This document shows, piece after piece, positions 1 to 10,043 of a stretch of DNA of 64,000 bases; the stretch's first letter is position 1; every line of letters begins with the position of its first letter. Where the stretch lies: contig BCKQ01000001.1 in NCBI GenBank assembly GCA_001600695.1, positions 1,418,826-1,482,825 of the forward strand, in the 5' to 3' direction. Source of the stretch: Ascoidea asiatica JCM 7603 (Eukaryota; Fungi; Ascomycota). Made by a program: the position numbers and the translations under genes. The notes beneath the pieces are model-generated. The model was not told where the DNA came from. It worked only from the letters and a program-made list of their open reading frames with translations, and ran no database searches.

Positions 1-1100
1 GGTTCAATATTGTTATCATCAGAAAATAATTGTGAATATTCAGAGTTTGTAGAAGAAGAAGAATTTGGTCTTTCAAATTTATGAGATTTATTTAAATTTT
101 TTTTGAAATTTCTATTGGTTATTTTAGTTGATTCTGGGAAAAAAGTTTCTTCTTGAAACTGGTTCAAAGAATTAATCAAATTCTTAGAAAATATTGTATT
201 TTTCATTGGAGTAATATATGATAAATTGCACTTCAAACTTGAATCAATAAATTTTTTTTCTTCAATAATATTTTTTAATGTTTCATATAAAGAACTATAA
301 TCATTTGATTTTATGGTAACCAGTTTATATTTTGGTGATAAATCAAATGAATTTTCAGAAATTATTTGAATTATTTTATCTTTTCCAGTCAGTGAAATAA
401 TTTTGGTGAAATGATTGATTTGTTTGCGATTTAAATAAAAACGAATTTCATTTTGATGGATGAAACTGATTAGAATTTCAAACAGATTTGAAGCATTTTT
501 AAATTCCAATGATATAAGAAATTCTGTTGAAAATTTTGCTAGTTGCTCTATTTCAATATTGATTGAATCCTCGGACAATACCTTTTTATCATAACTTATA
601 TTCATAATATTTTTATACTGGAAACGTGTGCTCAATTTTTCTAGAGACTGTTGTAATAAAAATTTTGGAGAGATTAATGAAATTTTCAAGTTTGGATTTT
701 GATTTTTCAACCACAATTCATCAGAACGAATGAGATTTTCTTGCTTTAAATGAATTGATAAAGTCATGGTTTGAATAAGAAATAAATTTTTAATCGCCAA
801 AGAAACTTGGGAATTATATTTTTCGGTTTGATTAATTAGTGATTGATTATTTAATGATTCTCTTGAATCAATTTCCAAATCCGAAAAATACATATCATCA
901 TCATAATCATCATCGTCATCATCGTCATCATCAGATGAATATGAAAGTAGTTTAGTTGTCCCTAAAATCGGATTCAAACTCTTAGCTGGTATTGAAAAAG
1001 ATTCAATTTGCTTTTTTGAGCTGAAATTATCATCGTTAATGCCAGTTGAATCAACAGAATTGGAAACAGTGTCATAGTAATTCACCAATGATTCATTCAT
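1..1100 (-). CDS. Hypothetical protein, 5' part; runs off the left edge of the window
   Basis: ATG at 1100 (MNESLVNYYDTVSNS...SSDDDDDDDDDYDDDMYF...). By manual translation the frame stays open to base 1. It is absent from the ORF track, presumably because no stop lies in the window. No family recognised. Confidence 0.75.
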   Translation of the reverse strand, partial: MNESLVNYYDTVSNSVDSTGINDDNFSSKKQIESFSIPAKSLNPILGTTKLLSYSSDDDDDDDDDYDDDMYFSDLEIDSRESLNNQSLINQTEKYNSQVSLAIKNLFLIQTMTLSIHLKQENLIRSDELWLKNQNPNLKISLISPKFLLQQSLEKLSTRFQYKNIMNISYDKKVLSEDSINIEIEQLAKFSTEFLISLEFKNASNLFEILISFIHQNEIRFYLNRKQINHFTKIISLTGKDKIIQIISENSFDLSPKYKLVTIKSNDYSSLYETLKNIIEEKKFIDSSLKCNLSYITPMKNTIFSKNLINSLNQFQEETFFPESTKITNRNFKKNLNKSHKFERPNSSSSTNSEYSQLFSDDNNIE

Positions 1101-1408
1101 TTTGCAATTGATATTTTTTCAGTCTCAGAATGCTAACGCTATAAATAATAGAAAAATGGATATATTTAAATAAAAACAATCAAAAAAAGACGTGAATTTG
1201 AAGTTATAAAGAAATTAAGCGCCGAAACATACTGACATACTTAGAGTTTGGGGTTGTTTACTATTCTGGAACTTTGTAACTTCACCGCTACAAGCTGAAT
1301 TCGAAGTATTTTGAAATCCTATTTTTACATTCTATTCTAGAAATCTAATGACTATATAAATTTAATTTAATACAAATTTTTATTAAAAAAAAATAAAATA
1401 AAATTTCT

Positions 1409-4390
1409 TCAATATTTGAAAGAGGAAAGTTCTTGACAAAATCCTTTTTCTTGTAAAGATTCAATATATTCTTTCCAAAGACTCGATTTACAAAGAGTCC
1501 ATTTATTTCCAACAATAATTAATCCAAATTTAGCTCTGGTTAACGCGACATTTAATCTTCTTGCATCATCTAAAAATCCAATAGTTTTTGATTTATCCTT
1601 TTGACTTCTAACACAACTAAAGATAATGAAATTTTTTTCTTTTCCTTGGAATGCATCTATTGAAGCAACAGTTAAACCAGATACAATTATCATAGTTGCT
1701 GATTTAACCAATTCTTCTTCAATATCTGTTTTATTTATAATTTCTTCTGAATTTGGATTCAAGATTACATTGTTTTTAATCTTTTCAGCTAATAATTCTC
1801 TTTGTCCAGAATATGGAGTAATGATACCAATATTTTCTTTCGATATTTTTTTTTCTATAACTAATCTAATCAAAATATTCACAACCATATCTGCTTCTCC
1901 TATATTTTGATAAGAAAGTCCAGATTCCTCTCCAAAACCAGTTTTAATTTTTGATTCAAGAAATTGAGGTTGTTTACCTGTATTTAAGAAAACTAATGGA
2001 TTTGGAATATTTTCAAGTGTTCTATCTTTTACCGTAATTCCATCTTCCAAATCTTCATAAAACTTATTTCTTGGAAATTGAGAAATAAAAGGATGCATTC
2101 TATATTGCATATTTAACATACAAGGTTTTATACCTAATGTTGGGTTTTTTAAAGTTCTTTCAAATAAAGAACAACTAAGTTCTTCAACATTTGTAAAAGC
2201 ACTTAATTGCTTTTCATCTCCAACAAGAATTAATTTGGCAATTTTAGATATTTTAGCATTACTCAATAAACTTAATGGAATTAATGATGTAACTTCTGTA
2301 GATTGAGTGGCTTCATCCATAATTATAGCTTCAACTTTTTTCAAACTTCTAATAAATTTACTACCACATGTAACTGTAGTAACAAAAATTACTTTTGCTT
2401 GAGAAATAAGTGAAGTTCCAATTTTAAAAACTTCTGTATTATATTTCTTGAAACCAGTTTTACTAATTTTTCCATTTCCCCTTCTTAATGATTTTTGAAT
2501 ATCTTTTTGTTCAGGTGTTAATCTTTCATATATTCTATTATGCAAAAGAATTGGACCTAATTTATGGTTTTCAGAATATTCAGATTCCTTGGTATCTGAA
2601 ACTACTCTTATAACATCTTTGGAATGATCTTTTAAAAATTTCTCTGCAATATTATCAACTGCTGTATTTGAAGCAGCAACAACTAAAATTGGAAATGTAT
2701 GAATCTCTTCTAATAATTGAAAAATAATTTCATAAATAGTAGAAGTTTTACCAGTACCTGGAGGACCCTGAATCAATGTTATTGCATTATTTAAAACACT
2801 TTGTATAGCTTTATTTTGACTTGGATTTATATTTCCATTTGGTTTAAAAAAATTTCTGAAAGTATTTTGAGTGATTTTTTTATCTCCTAAAAGTAAACTT
2901 TGAAATGAGGTTGCAGTATGAAGATATATTCTTGTCATTGCATTCATAATTCTTGAAATTTGAACACTACAAGGGAATAAATCAACATTTTGTTGATATG
3001 GTAATGCATATGTTGTCCAAGGATATGGTTTTACTACCATGTTAACTTTTTCAATCATTTTTCCTCTAGTTCTATAACTTACTAACTCAGATTCAACAAC
3101 AATCATATAATAAATTTTTGTTGAAGTTTTCATTATAATTGAAGAAAATTTTGGAAATGGACTTCTACCTAATTCTTGATGTTTTTGTGGTACTTTACTT
3201 TTAAATTTTTCATCAATATTTATAGAAATTACAAATGAATCAGAAACTTGACCAAATTTATTTGCTTGATTTAATAATTTTAAATCTTCAGGATATGGAC
3301 CACCTTTTCTTCCTCTTTTTTTTTTAAGAGAACTAGAATCCCAATCAACAGAAAAATCTTGAATTGGAGAAAATGTAACTTCTTCTTCTTTAAAAAGATT
3401 GAAACATAATAATTTAAAATATTCAGTTAAATCTTCATAAGTAGTTTTTGGCTCGATTCCTTTAACACTAAAATCAATATTACCTTCTGCAACTTTTGCT
3501 TTGCTTTTTCCTTTTAATTTCATTAAATTCAAAAGATTCGACAATTCATCAATTTCATCAGCGGAATCACTTTGGCTGGAATCATCAGTTTCATTATTAT
3601 TATTAGAATCAATAGAACGAGGTTTCCTCAATTTTTTATCCTGTAAGGTTTTATTGGATTTGGTATTAGGAGAATTAGAGTCAGAACTATTTAAATCCTT
3701 TTCTTGGAAGTCAGGAATATTTTCTTTTTGATTCTCACGAGAAATATCTCTTCCTCCTCTACCACCTCTAGTACTTTTAGACCCTCTTGAGCCTCTAGTA
3801 CTACCACCACCTCTACTTATACCTTTACCTCTACCTCTACCTCTACCTCGTTTACCAGAAAATCCCATATCTTTACTCTTTTCAATTTTTTCAGTAATTC
3901 CAAAAAATTGATTTATATATGAAGTACTAACTGTTGATAGTAAATTTTTTTTTTCATTATCTTGAAGGTTCATATCCTTTATACATTTATTACATAAAAT
4001 TTTATTATTATCTTTTTTTAATAATTTCTTTGATCCACAGTTTGAACAACATAGTTTATTATATTTAAGAAATATAGGATATTTTGATAAAAGAGCTCCA
4101 TTTTCTAAAGAATATTCTTTTTTAATTTTCAAAGGAGATGATTTTTCAATACAATTTTTACAAAGTAATTTTACTTCTTGATTTTCATGAGGTGAAGCTA
4201 ATAATATTTTAAGTATTAATATATTTCTATTATTACAAGTTTGACATTCAATTAATTTAGATTGTGAAGAAAACTCAATTAAATTATGTTTTGTATCTTT
4301 AATATGTTTTAACATATCTTTTTCAGAATATGAAGATGAAATATCATTACGATTTTGACATTTTTTACATTCATAAAAATAATCCACCAT
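1409..4390 (-). CDS. ECM32: Upf1-like superfamily 1 helicase (Ecm32/Mtt1-like)
   Basis: Walker A LIQGPPGTGKT, VVAASNTAVDNIAEK, IIMDEATQS, LVGDEKQL, QYRMHP, IGIITPYSGQR, SIDAFQGKEK, RRLNVALTRAK. N-terminal Cys/His clusters and an RGG tract. Too divergent for Upf1 itself. First ATG at 4390; the track start is non-ATG. Confidence 0.8.
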   Translation of the reverse strand: MVDYFYECKKCQNRNDISSSYSEKDMLKHIKDTKHNLIEFSSQSKLIECQTCNNRNILILKILLASPHENQEVKLLCKNCIEKSSPLKIKKEYSLENGALLSKYPIFLKYNKLCCSNCGSKKLLKKDNNKILCNKCIKDMNLQDNEKKNLLSTVSTSYINQFFGITEKIEKSKDMGFSGKRGRGRGRGKGISRGGGSTRGSRGSKSTRGGRGGRDISRENQKENIPDFQEKDLNSSDSNSPNTKSNKTLQDKKLRKPRSIDSNNNNETDDSSQSDSADEIDELSNLLNLMKLKGKSKAKVAEGNIDFSVKGIEPKTTYEDLTEYFKLLCFNLFKEEEVTFSPIQDFSVDWDSSSLKKKRGRKGGPYPEDLKLLNQANKFGQVSDSFVISINIDEKFKSKVPQKHQELGRSPFPKFSSIIMKTSTKIYYMIVVESELVSYRTRGKMIEKVNMVVKPYPWTTYALPYQQNVDLFPCSVQISRIMNAMTRIYLHTATSFQSLLLGDKKITQNTFRNFFKPNGNINPSQNKAIQSVLNNAITLIQGPPGTGKTSTIYEIIFQLLEEIHTFPILVVAASNTAVDNIAEKFLKDHSKDVIRVVSDTKESEYSENHKLGPILLHNRIYERLTPEQKDIQKSLRRGNGKISKTGFKKYNTEVFKIGTSLISQAKVIFVTTVTCGSKFIRSLKKVEAIIMDEATQSTEVTSLIPLSLLSNAKISKIAKLILVGDEKQLSAFTNVEELSCSLFERTLKNPTLGIKPCMLNMQYRMHPFISQFPRNKFYEDLEDGITVKDRTLENIPNPLVFLNTGKQPQFLESKIKTGFGEESGLSYQNIGEADMVVNILIRLVIEKKISKENIGIITPYSGQRELLAEKIKNNVILNPNSEEIINKTDIEEELVKSATMIIVSGLTVASIDAFQGKEKNFIIFSCVRSQKDKSKTIGFLDDARRLNVALTRAKFGLIIVGNKWTLCKSSLWKEYIESLQEKGFCQELSSFKY

Positions 4391-5049
4391 TATAATCAAA
4401 ATCAAAAATAGATTCTTATCTATTTCAACTTTTTTTTTTTCTCTTTTTGAACTTAAATTTGAATTCTTTAATATTTACTTGAAATTGATTGAATTTTTGA
4501 TTTTATTGATATAATTCTTCTTCTTCTTCTTCTTCTTGGTATTCTTCTTGGTATTCTTTGTCTTGTATCTTCACAAAAATATTGTAATAAAAGTATAAAT
4601 ATAAATATAAATATAAATAATAATATTTATAATATAAATTTATTTTAAATCACGGGATTTTTCAGTTATGAATGTCTTATCTTTCGATGAGTAACTAATA
4701 ACTTATATTATATATATATAGTATAAGTTATACAGTATATTAGCAATCAAAAAGCATAGAAAATGAACTCGATAAAATAATTATAATTTATTTTAAATTT
4801 GTATGGGGAAATAATATTTCATTTTTAATATTTCAAACTTCCTTAGTTTTGTAACATTTAAGTCAGCTTCATATTATGTAACTGAATTAGGCGTTCAATT
4901 TTCGTAATTTTCATAAATGGTTAGTTAGTAAACATTCCGTTTTAGTCAAGTTTAATTTAATTTGTATTTAACTTTTAATTGTTTTAATAAATTTTTAAAA
5001 AGTTTCTATTGTATGAATTTTTTCTTTTTATAGTGAAAAATATATTGAA

Positions 5050-6366
5050 ATGACTATAGATGTAGAAGAGTTTGACCCATTATCATTTTTTGAGTCTAAA
5101 ACACATAAAGAAAGTTTAAAGACTGTATATGATGAAAAACCAATAATATTATTAAATAGTAAAAAAAACATTGAAGTGATATCAAATAATGATAATATTA
5201 ATATTAATATTAATATTGATGAAGATGAAGAAGAAGATGTTCCAATTCTGTTTTTAGATTTACCTTCAATTTCTATGAAACCACCATTTGAAGTATTAAT
5301 ATTTTTATTGAAACAATTTAAATATAAAGAATATTTTAATTTTAATGAAGAAAATATTTTAAATGAAGATGATTTTAAAAAAGAAGAAAAAAATTTAGAA
5401 AAATTAATTCCATTACTTAAAATATATTGTCCAAAATTATTATATAATAAAAAAATTCAAGAATTAAAAGAATTACCAATAAGAAATAAAAAAAAATTTT
5501 TTAGATATGTTACATCAATAATTAGTTCAGAACTTAATTGGATTAAAGATAATGAAATTAAAGAAAAAATTTGGAAATTAGCAAGTTTAAGAATTTCAGA
5601 AAATTGTGGTAGAAGTGGAGAACCATTAAAATTTAGAAAAATTAAATTAAAAGCTTTTAAAAAACCAGATATAAGTTTATCATTGAAAGAACCTTCTTTA
5701 ACAGGAGATAATCTTGGATTAAAAACTTGGGGATCATCATTAATATTATCAAATAAATTATATAAAGAATTAGGTAATGAAACTAAGATTAATTATCCAG
5801 TACTTGAATTAGGAGCAGGAACTGGATTAATTGGAATATTAATTGGACTTTTACAAAAAAATGAAAATAATAAAAATGAAATGAACATTAATTTTTCAAA
5901 TTTAGATAAAATAGATTTAAATAATCAAATTTGTCTTACTGATTTAAAAGAAATTATTCCCAATTTAAAAGAAAATCTTAAATTAAATCAGGTTGAAGAA
6001 TTGTGTATTGCAAAAGTACTTGATTGGTCAAATTCAAAAGATTTTGAAAATTGGCTTTTAGAAAAAAATCCAAGCTTATTAAGTACAAATATTTTCAAAA
6101 CAATAATTTTATCAGATTGTTTATATTCAATTGAACATCCACCAATGATAGCAAATATGATTTCAAAATTCCTTCAATATAACTCAATATCAAAAGTTTT
6201 ACTTCAATTACCTTTAAGAGAAGGATTTGAAAAAGAAAGAGAATTATTATTTTCATTATTTGAAAATGATCTAAAACTTAAAATTGTTCGAGAAAGTGAA
6301 GAAAAAGGTTATGATGACTTTGGAGAACAAGAATTTCTTTTCAGAGAATACAAATACATAATATAA
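5050..6366 (+). CDS. EFM2: Protein-lysine N-methyltransferase (elongation factor methyltransferase 2, family 16)
   Basis: FDPL N-terminus, LDLPS, RISENCGR, LKEPSLTGDNLGLKTWGSS, SAM motif VLELGAGTGLIG, LTDL, LDW, C-terminal GYDDFG. Confidence 0.88.
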   Translation: MTIDVEEFDPLSFFESKTHKESLKTVYDEKPIILLNSKKNIEVISNNDNINININIDEDEEEDVPILFLDLPSISMKPPFEVLIFLLKQFKYKEYFNFNEENILNEDDFKKEEKNLEKLIPLLKIYCPKLLYNKKIQELKELPIRNKKKFFRYVTSIISSELNWIKDNEIKEKIWKLASLRISENCGRSGEPLKFRKIKLKAFKKPDISLSLKEPSLTGDNLGLKTWGSSLILSNKLYKELGNETKINYPVLELGAGTGLIGILIGLLQKNENNKNEMNINFSNLDKIDLNNQICLTDLKEIIPNLKENLKLNQVEELCIAKVLDWSNSKDFENWLLEKNPSLLSTNIFKTIILSDCLYSIEHPPMIANMISKFLQYNSISKVLLQLPLREGFEKERELLFSLFENDLKLKIVRESEEKGYDDFGEQEFLFREYKYII

Positions 6367-6430
6367 ATATATAAATATATAAATATATAAATATATAAAT
6401 ATATAAATATATAAATATATAAATATATAA
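6364..6430. repeat. (TAAATATA)n tandem repeat directly after the EFM2 stop
   Basis: About 8 copies of an 8-bp unit are visible. Confidence 0.9.
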
Positions 6431-6574
6431 TAGACCTTAATAAACTGCAATAGAATAGAACAATGCAACAATCACTGGCCACTTAGAAATAAGCTTAATT
6501 CGAGCTCTCAAAAACTGAGATTAACGCAGTTTTGTGCCGAGCTTCAAAAGAGAAGAAAAGAAAAGAATCAAAGT

Positions 6575-6830
6575 GGTTAGCTATACAGCCCTGCATATGC
6601 ACAGCAGCCCTAGCTGGTTTCACCTGACCTCGTTTTGAAAGTGACTGGTCTTTCTGCTGTGGTTTTTCCTCTGTGGCAATTCCACGCTTTTCTCGAGTCT
6701 TTGCACGCACCGCCAGTTCAATTTCCAGCGCAGGCCGGATTTCCTTTTTTCCAACCCGGATTTCGCCCGTCCGGCGAGCTAGCTCAAGATTCCATCGCAG
6801 GCCTTTTTACTCTCTCTGACTGTAGTCAAT
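6575..6830 (+). promoter_or_regulatory. RPL7 upstream GC island with Tbf1-like AGCCCT sites and a Cbf1-like TCACCTGAC
   Basis: AGCCCT at 6587-6592 and 6606-6611; TCACCTGAC at 6620-6628; GC-rich relative to flanks. Confidence 0.5.
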
Positions 6831-6959
6831 CAATTATTCACCAAAAATATATCAATCAATTAGCATAATATGGTAATTATATATATATATAAAAAAAATT
6901 TAAAAGAACTTTAAGGTCAAGGCATTAATAGAATTAAAGAAAGTAAAAAAATAGCACAA

Positions 6960-8442
6960 ATGGCATCAACAGCACCAAAAGTTACTCCAGCCAAAGCTCC
7001 AAAGGCCACTCCAAAACAGTATGTGCTTTTTTTTTTTTTTTTTTCTGGTGAATTTGGATTGAAATTAATGGTTTTTAGATAATTAATAAAAAAATATAAG
7101 AAAATCAAGTTAAGAATACTATCATTTAATCAAATACATTTAAAGATGATAGTAGTATTTTGTTCCTATTATAGATTGAATCATTATATCATTATATCAT
7201 TATATCATTATTTATGTTAAAAAACTCATTTCAAGTAATTCATAGTTAGGAAGAAAACTAATGTTCAATAACTCCACTTTTTTTTTTTCAAATAAACCTT
7301 ATTTATTGAATATGAACAACAATGTATTATAATTTTATTTGTAGAAAACTATGAAAAAATCAAAGAAAAAAATATACTAACTACTTTTTTTTTTTTATTA
7401 ATAGGCCTGTTATTAAAGCTGATTCTATTTTACCACCAGAAACTTTATTAAAAAAATCTAAAGCTTTAGCTAAAAATGTTAAAGCTTTAGAGTTAGCTAA
7501 AGCCGAACGTACAAAAGTAAGTTAGAATATTATTATTACTTTAAAAATTATCAATCAATATCATTATTATCCATATTTAATTTTTTTTTTTTTTTCATTA
7601 TAAACTACTTGATGATAATTTTACCCATAATGAACTAGCTAAAAGCGATGTTGTTATTATATACCATCTTTCGGGACTGATAAAATTTTAATGAAATCAA
7701 ATAAATAATTAATTGATGAATTTTTTATATTTCTTAGAATCATTAAACTAACAAATTTTTATTTTTATTTTTATTTTTATTTTTTTTTTCTTATTTTTTA
7801 ATCAATTTATAGGCTTCAAAAGCTAAAAGAGAAACTATTTTTAAACGTAATGCTTCTTATCAAAAAGAATATTATGAAGCTGAACGTGCTTTAATTCAAG
7901 CTAAACGTGATGCTAAAAAAGCTGGTAGTTATTATGTTGAAGCTCAACCAAAATTAGTTTTTGTTGTTAGAATTAAAGGTATAAACAAAATGCCACCAAA
8001 ACCAAGAAAAGTTTTACAATTATTAAGATTATTACAAATTAATTCTGGAGTTTTTGTTAGAGTTACAAAAGCAACTTCTGAATTATTAAAATTAATTGAA
8101 CCATGGGTTGCTTATGGTTATCCATCTTTTGCAACTGTTCGTAAATTAATTTATAAAAGAGGTTATGGTAAAATTAGAAAACAAAGAATTCCATTAACTG
8201 ATAATTCAATTATTGAAGAAAATTTAGGTAGATTTGGAATTTTATCAATGGATGATTTAATTCATGAAATTGTTACTGTTGGACCAAATTTTAAACAAGT
8301 TAATAATTTCCTTTGGCCATTTAGATTATCAAATCCATCTGGTGGTTGGGGTGTTAGAAGAAAATTTCAACATTTCATTCAAGGTGGTTCTGTTGGTAAT
8401 CGTGAAGAAAAAATTAATTCATTAATTAATTCAATGAATTAA
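6960..8442 (+). CDS. RPL7: 60S ribosomal protein L7 (uL30); exons 6960-7018, 7405-7516, 7813-8442
   Basis: Intron 1: GTATGT 7019, TACTAAC 7375, TAG 7404. Intron 2: GTAAGT 7517, AACTAAC ~7746, TAG 7812. Phases join in frame: [37 protein letters not shown]...[24 protein letters not shown]...[24 protein letters not shown]...[14 protein letters not shown]. Confidence 0.96.
7605..7685 (+). ncRNA. Intronic box C/D snoRNA of the snR39/snR39B family (25S rRNA 2'-O-methylation guide)
   Basis: Box C (T)TGATGA 7609-7615; box D CTGA 7677-7680; guide ACCATCTTTCGGG 7663-7675 is complementary to the conserved LSU rRNA sequence CCCGAAAGAUGGU. It lies in RPL7 intron 2, about 65 nt upstream of the branch point. 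Confidence 0.9.
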
Positions 8443-8695
8443 ATTATTAAAATTATTAAAATAATTAAATAATTAAATAAATATATATATATATTTGATA
8501 ATGTATTTTAATAATAAGAAAAAAAATCTAATCATTTATTTCTATTCTTTTGTTTTTATGTTTTTTTGTTTTTTTCTTGTTATTTATCTATTCAATATGT
8601 AAAGTGTTTTTGAAAACTTGGAAGATATCAACAAGAAGAATAAAATAAAATAAAATAAAAAGAGATGCAAATTTATATGAATATTATAATGAATT

Positions 8696-9418
8696 CTATA
8701 TTTCTAAATCTAAATCTAAATCTAAATCTAAATCTAAATCATTTATTGGTGCAGTACTATTTTTCGCACTATATTGATTTTGAGAAGATTTTTCTTGAAA
8801 TAAATTAATATTTTGTATTTCATCATTATCATTATTGATATTAATATTTTGATTTTGTTGAGAAGAAGATTCTATTGATAAATTTAATTTTCTTAATTGA
8901 TCCATAACTTTTATTACAAAAGGTCTAATTTCATTAATTTCCATATAACTTAAATTATTAAAAGTTAAATTACTTTCATTTAATTCTTTAAAACCATTTC
9001 TTGCTTTAATTAAACGAATTTCTTTTAAATCTTGAATTATTGAACGTAATAAATGAGAAGGATCAATTAAATCTATTGAAAAATTTTTTAAAAAAATTTT
9101 TGTAATTTCAATCCAATGCCATGGTAAATTTGAAAATTTATCTTTAAATTTTAATTCTTCATCATATTTTATTGATAAATATTTAAAATTTAACCAAAAT
9201 GGTGGTAAAATTGTAATTTTATTTTGTTTTTTTAAAATTATTGCTATCCATAATGGAATTTTTAATTTTTGATTAATTTTTTGTTTTGATAAATTTGTAC
9301 TTATAAGATTTAAAGAATCCATTTTAACTTTTGGTAAAATTTCTATTAATTCATTTTCTGCTAAGAAATTAATTTCACTTGATAAAAAAGTATCTAATAA
9401 ATTATTTGGAAATGACAT
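8696..9418 (-). CDS. PSF2: GINS complex subunit Psf2
   Basis: EINFLAENELIEILP, IPLWIAIILKKQNK, PPFWL, LPWHWIEI, IQDLKEIRLIKARNG, NLSYMEINEIRPF. Confidence 0.95.
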   Translation of the reverse strand: MSFPNNLLDTFLSSEINFLAENELIEILPKVKMDSLNLISTNLSKQKINQKLKIPLWIAIILKKQNKITILPPFWLNFKYLSIKYDEELKFKDKFSNLPWHWIEITKIFLKNFSIDLIDPSHLLRSIIQDLKEIRLIKARNGFKELNESNLTFNNLSYMEINEIRPFVIKVMDQLRKLNLSIESSSQQNQNININNDNDEIQNINLFQEKSSQNQYSAKNSTAPINDLDLDLDLDLDLEI

Positions 9419-9563
9419 TTATATTTATATTAATTGATATATTAATTATTTAATTTATTGTTAAAGAATTAACCATTAAATATTATCCATTAAATATTAT
9501 CCATTAAATATTGTATAAAAATATTATCCATTAAATATTGTTTATAAATATATATTACGTATT

Positions 9564-9620
9564 ACGCGACAGACATGTTTTGAGTGAATTAAATGAAAAT
9601 TTTAAATGGAATTAACGCGA
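9564..9620. promoter_or_regulatory. Two MCB-like ACGCGA elements upstream of PSF2
   Basis: ACGCGA at 9564-9569 and 9615-9620, 150-200 bp upstream of a DNA replication gene, in otherwise CpG-poor DNA. Confidence 0.65.
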
Positions 9621-9919
9621 TTTTCAATATTTACGGGGATTTTATCAGTATATTAAAGTCGGTGTTAATAAAAGATTTTGTAAATTGAAGGTAAAGTTGA
9701 ATATAATAACTGTTAAGTTATTATATTCAATAAATTTAAGAAGATATTGAGTAAGTTGAATTGAAATATGAAGTAGATTAATATTTGAAGTAGATTAGTA
9801 TTTGATAAGATAATAGGATAATAAGATAATAAGATATTGATTGAGATAATAAATTTACATTTTTTACATTTACAATTCGGATATTTTCATATTTTTTTCA
9901 TAAATTTAATACATTGAAT

Positions 9920-9926
9920 TGAGTCA
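9920..9926. promoter_or_regulatory. Gcn4 site upstream of ARG2
   Basis: Perfect TGAGTCA about 120 bp upstream of an arginine biosynthesis gene. Confidence 0.7.
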
Positions 9927-10043
9927 TAACTTAAGGTATATCAAATATTGTCTGTATAAATAGGAGTAAAATTAGTATAAAAAACAATATAATTATAATA
10001 TTTTTTGTATATCTTTAAATGAAATCAGTTTTAGTATATTCAA

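Noticed and set aside
7140-7330. Second snoRNA in RPL7 intron 1
   Set aside because: No convincing C/D box pair or rRNA guide was found by eye.
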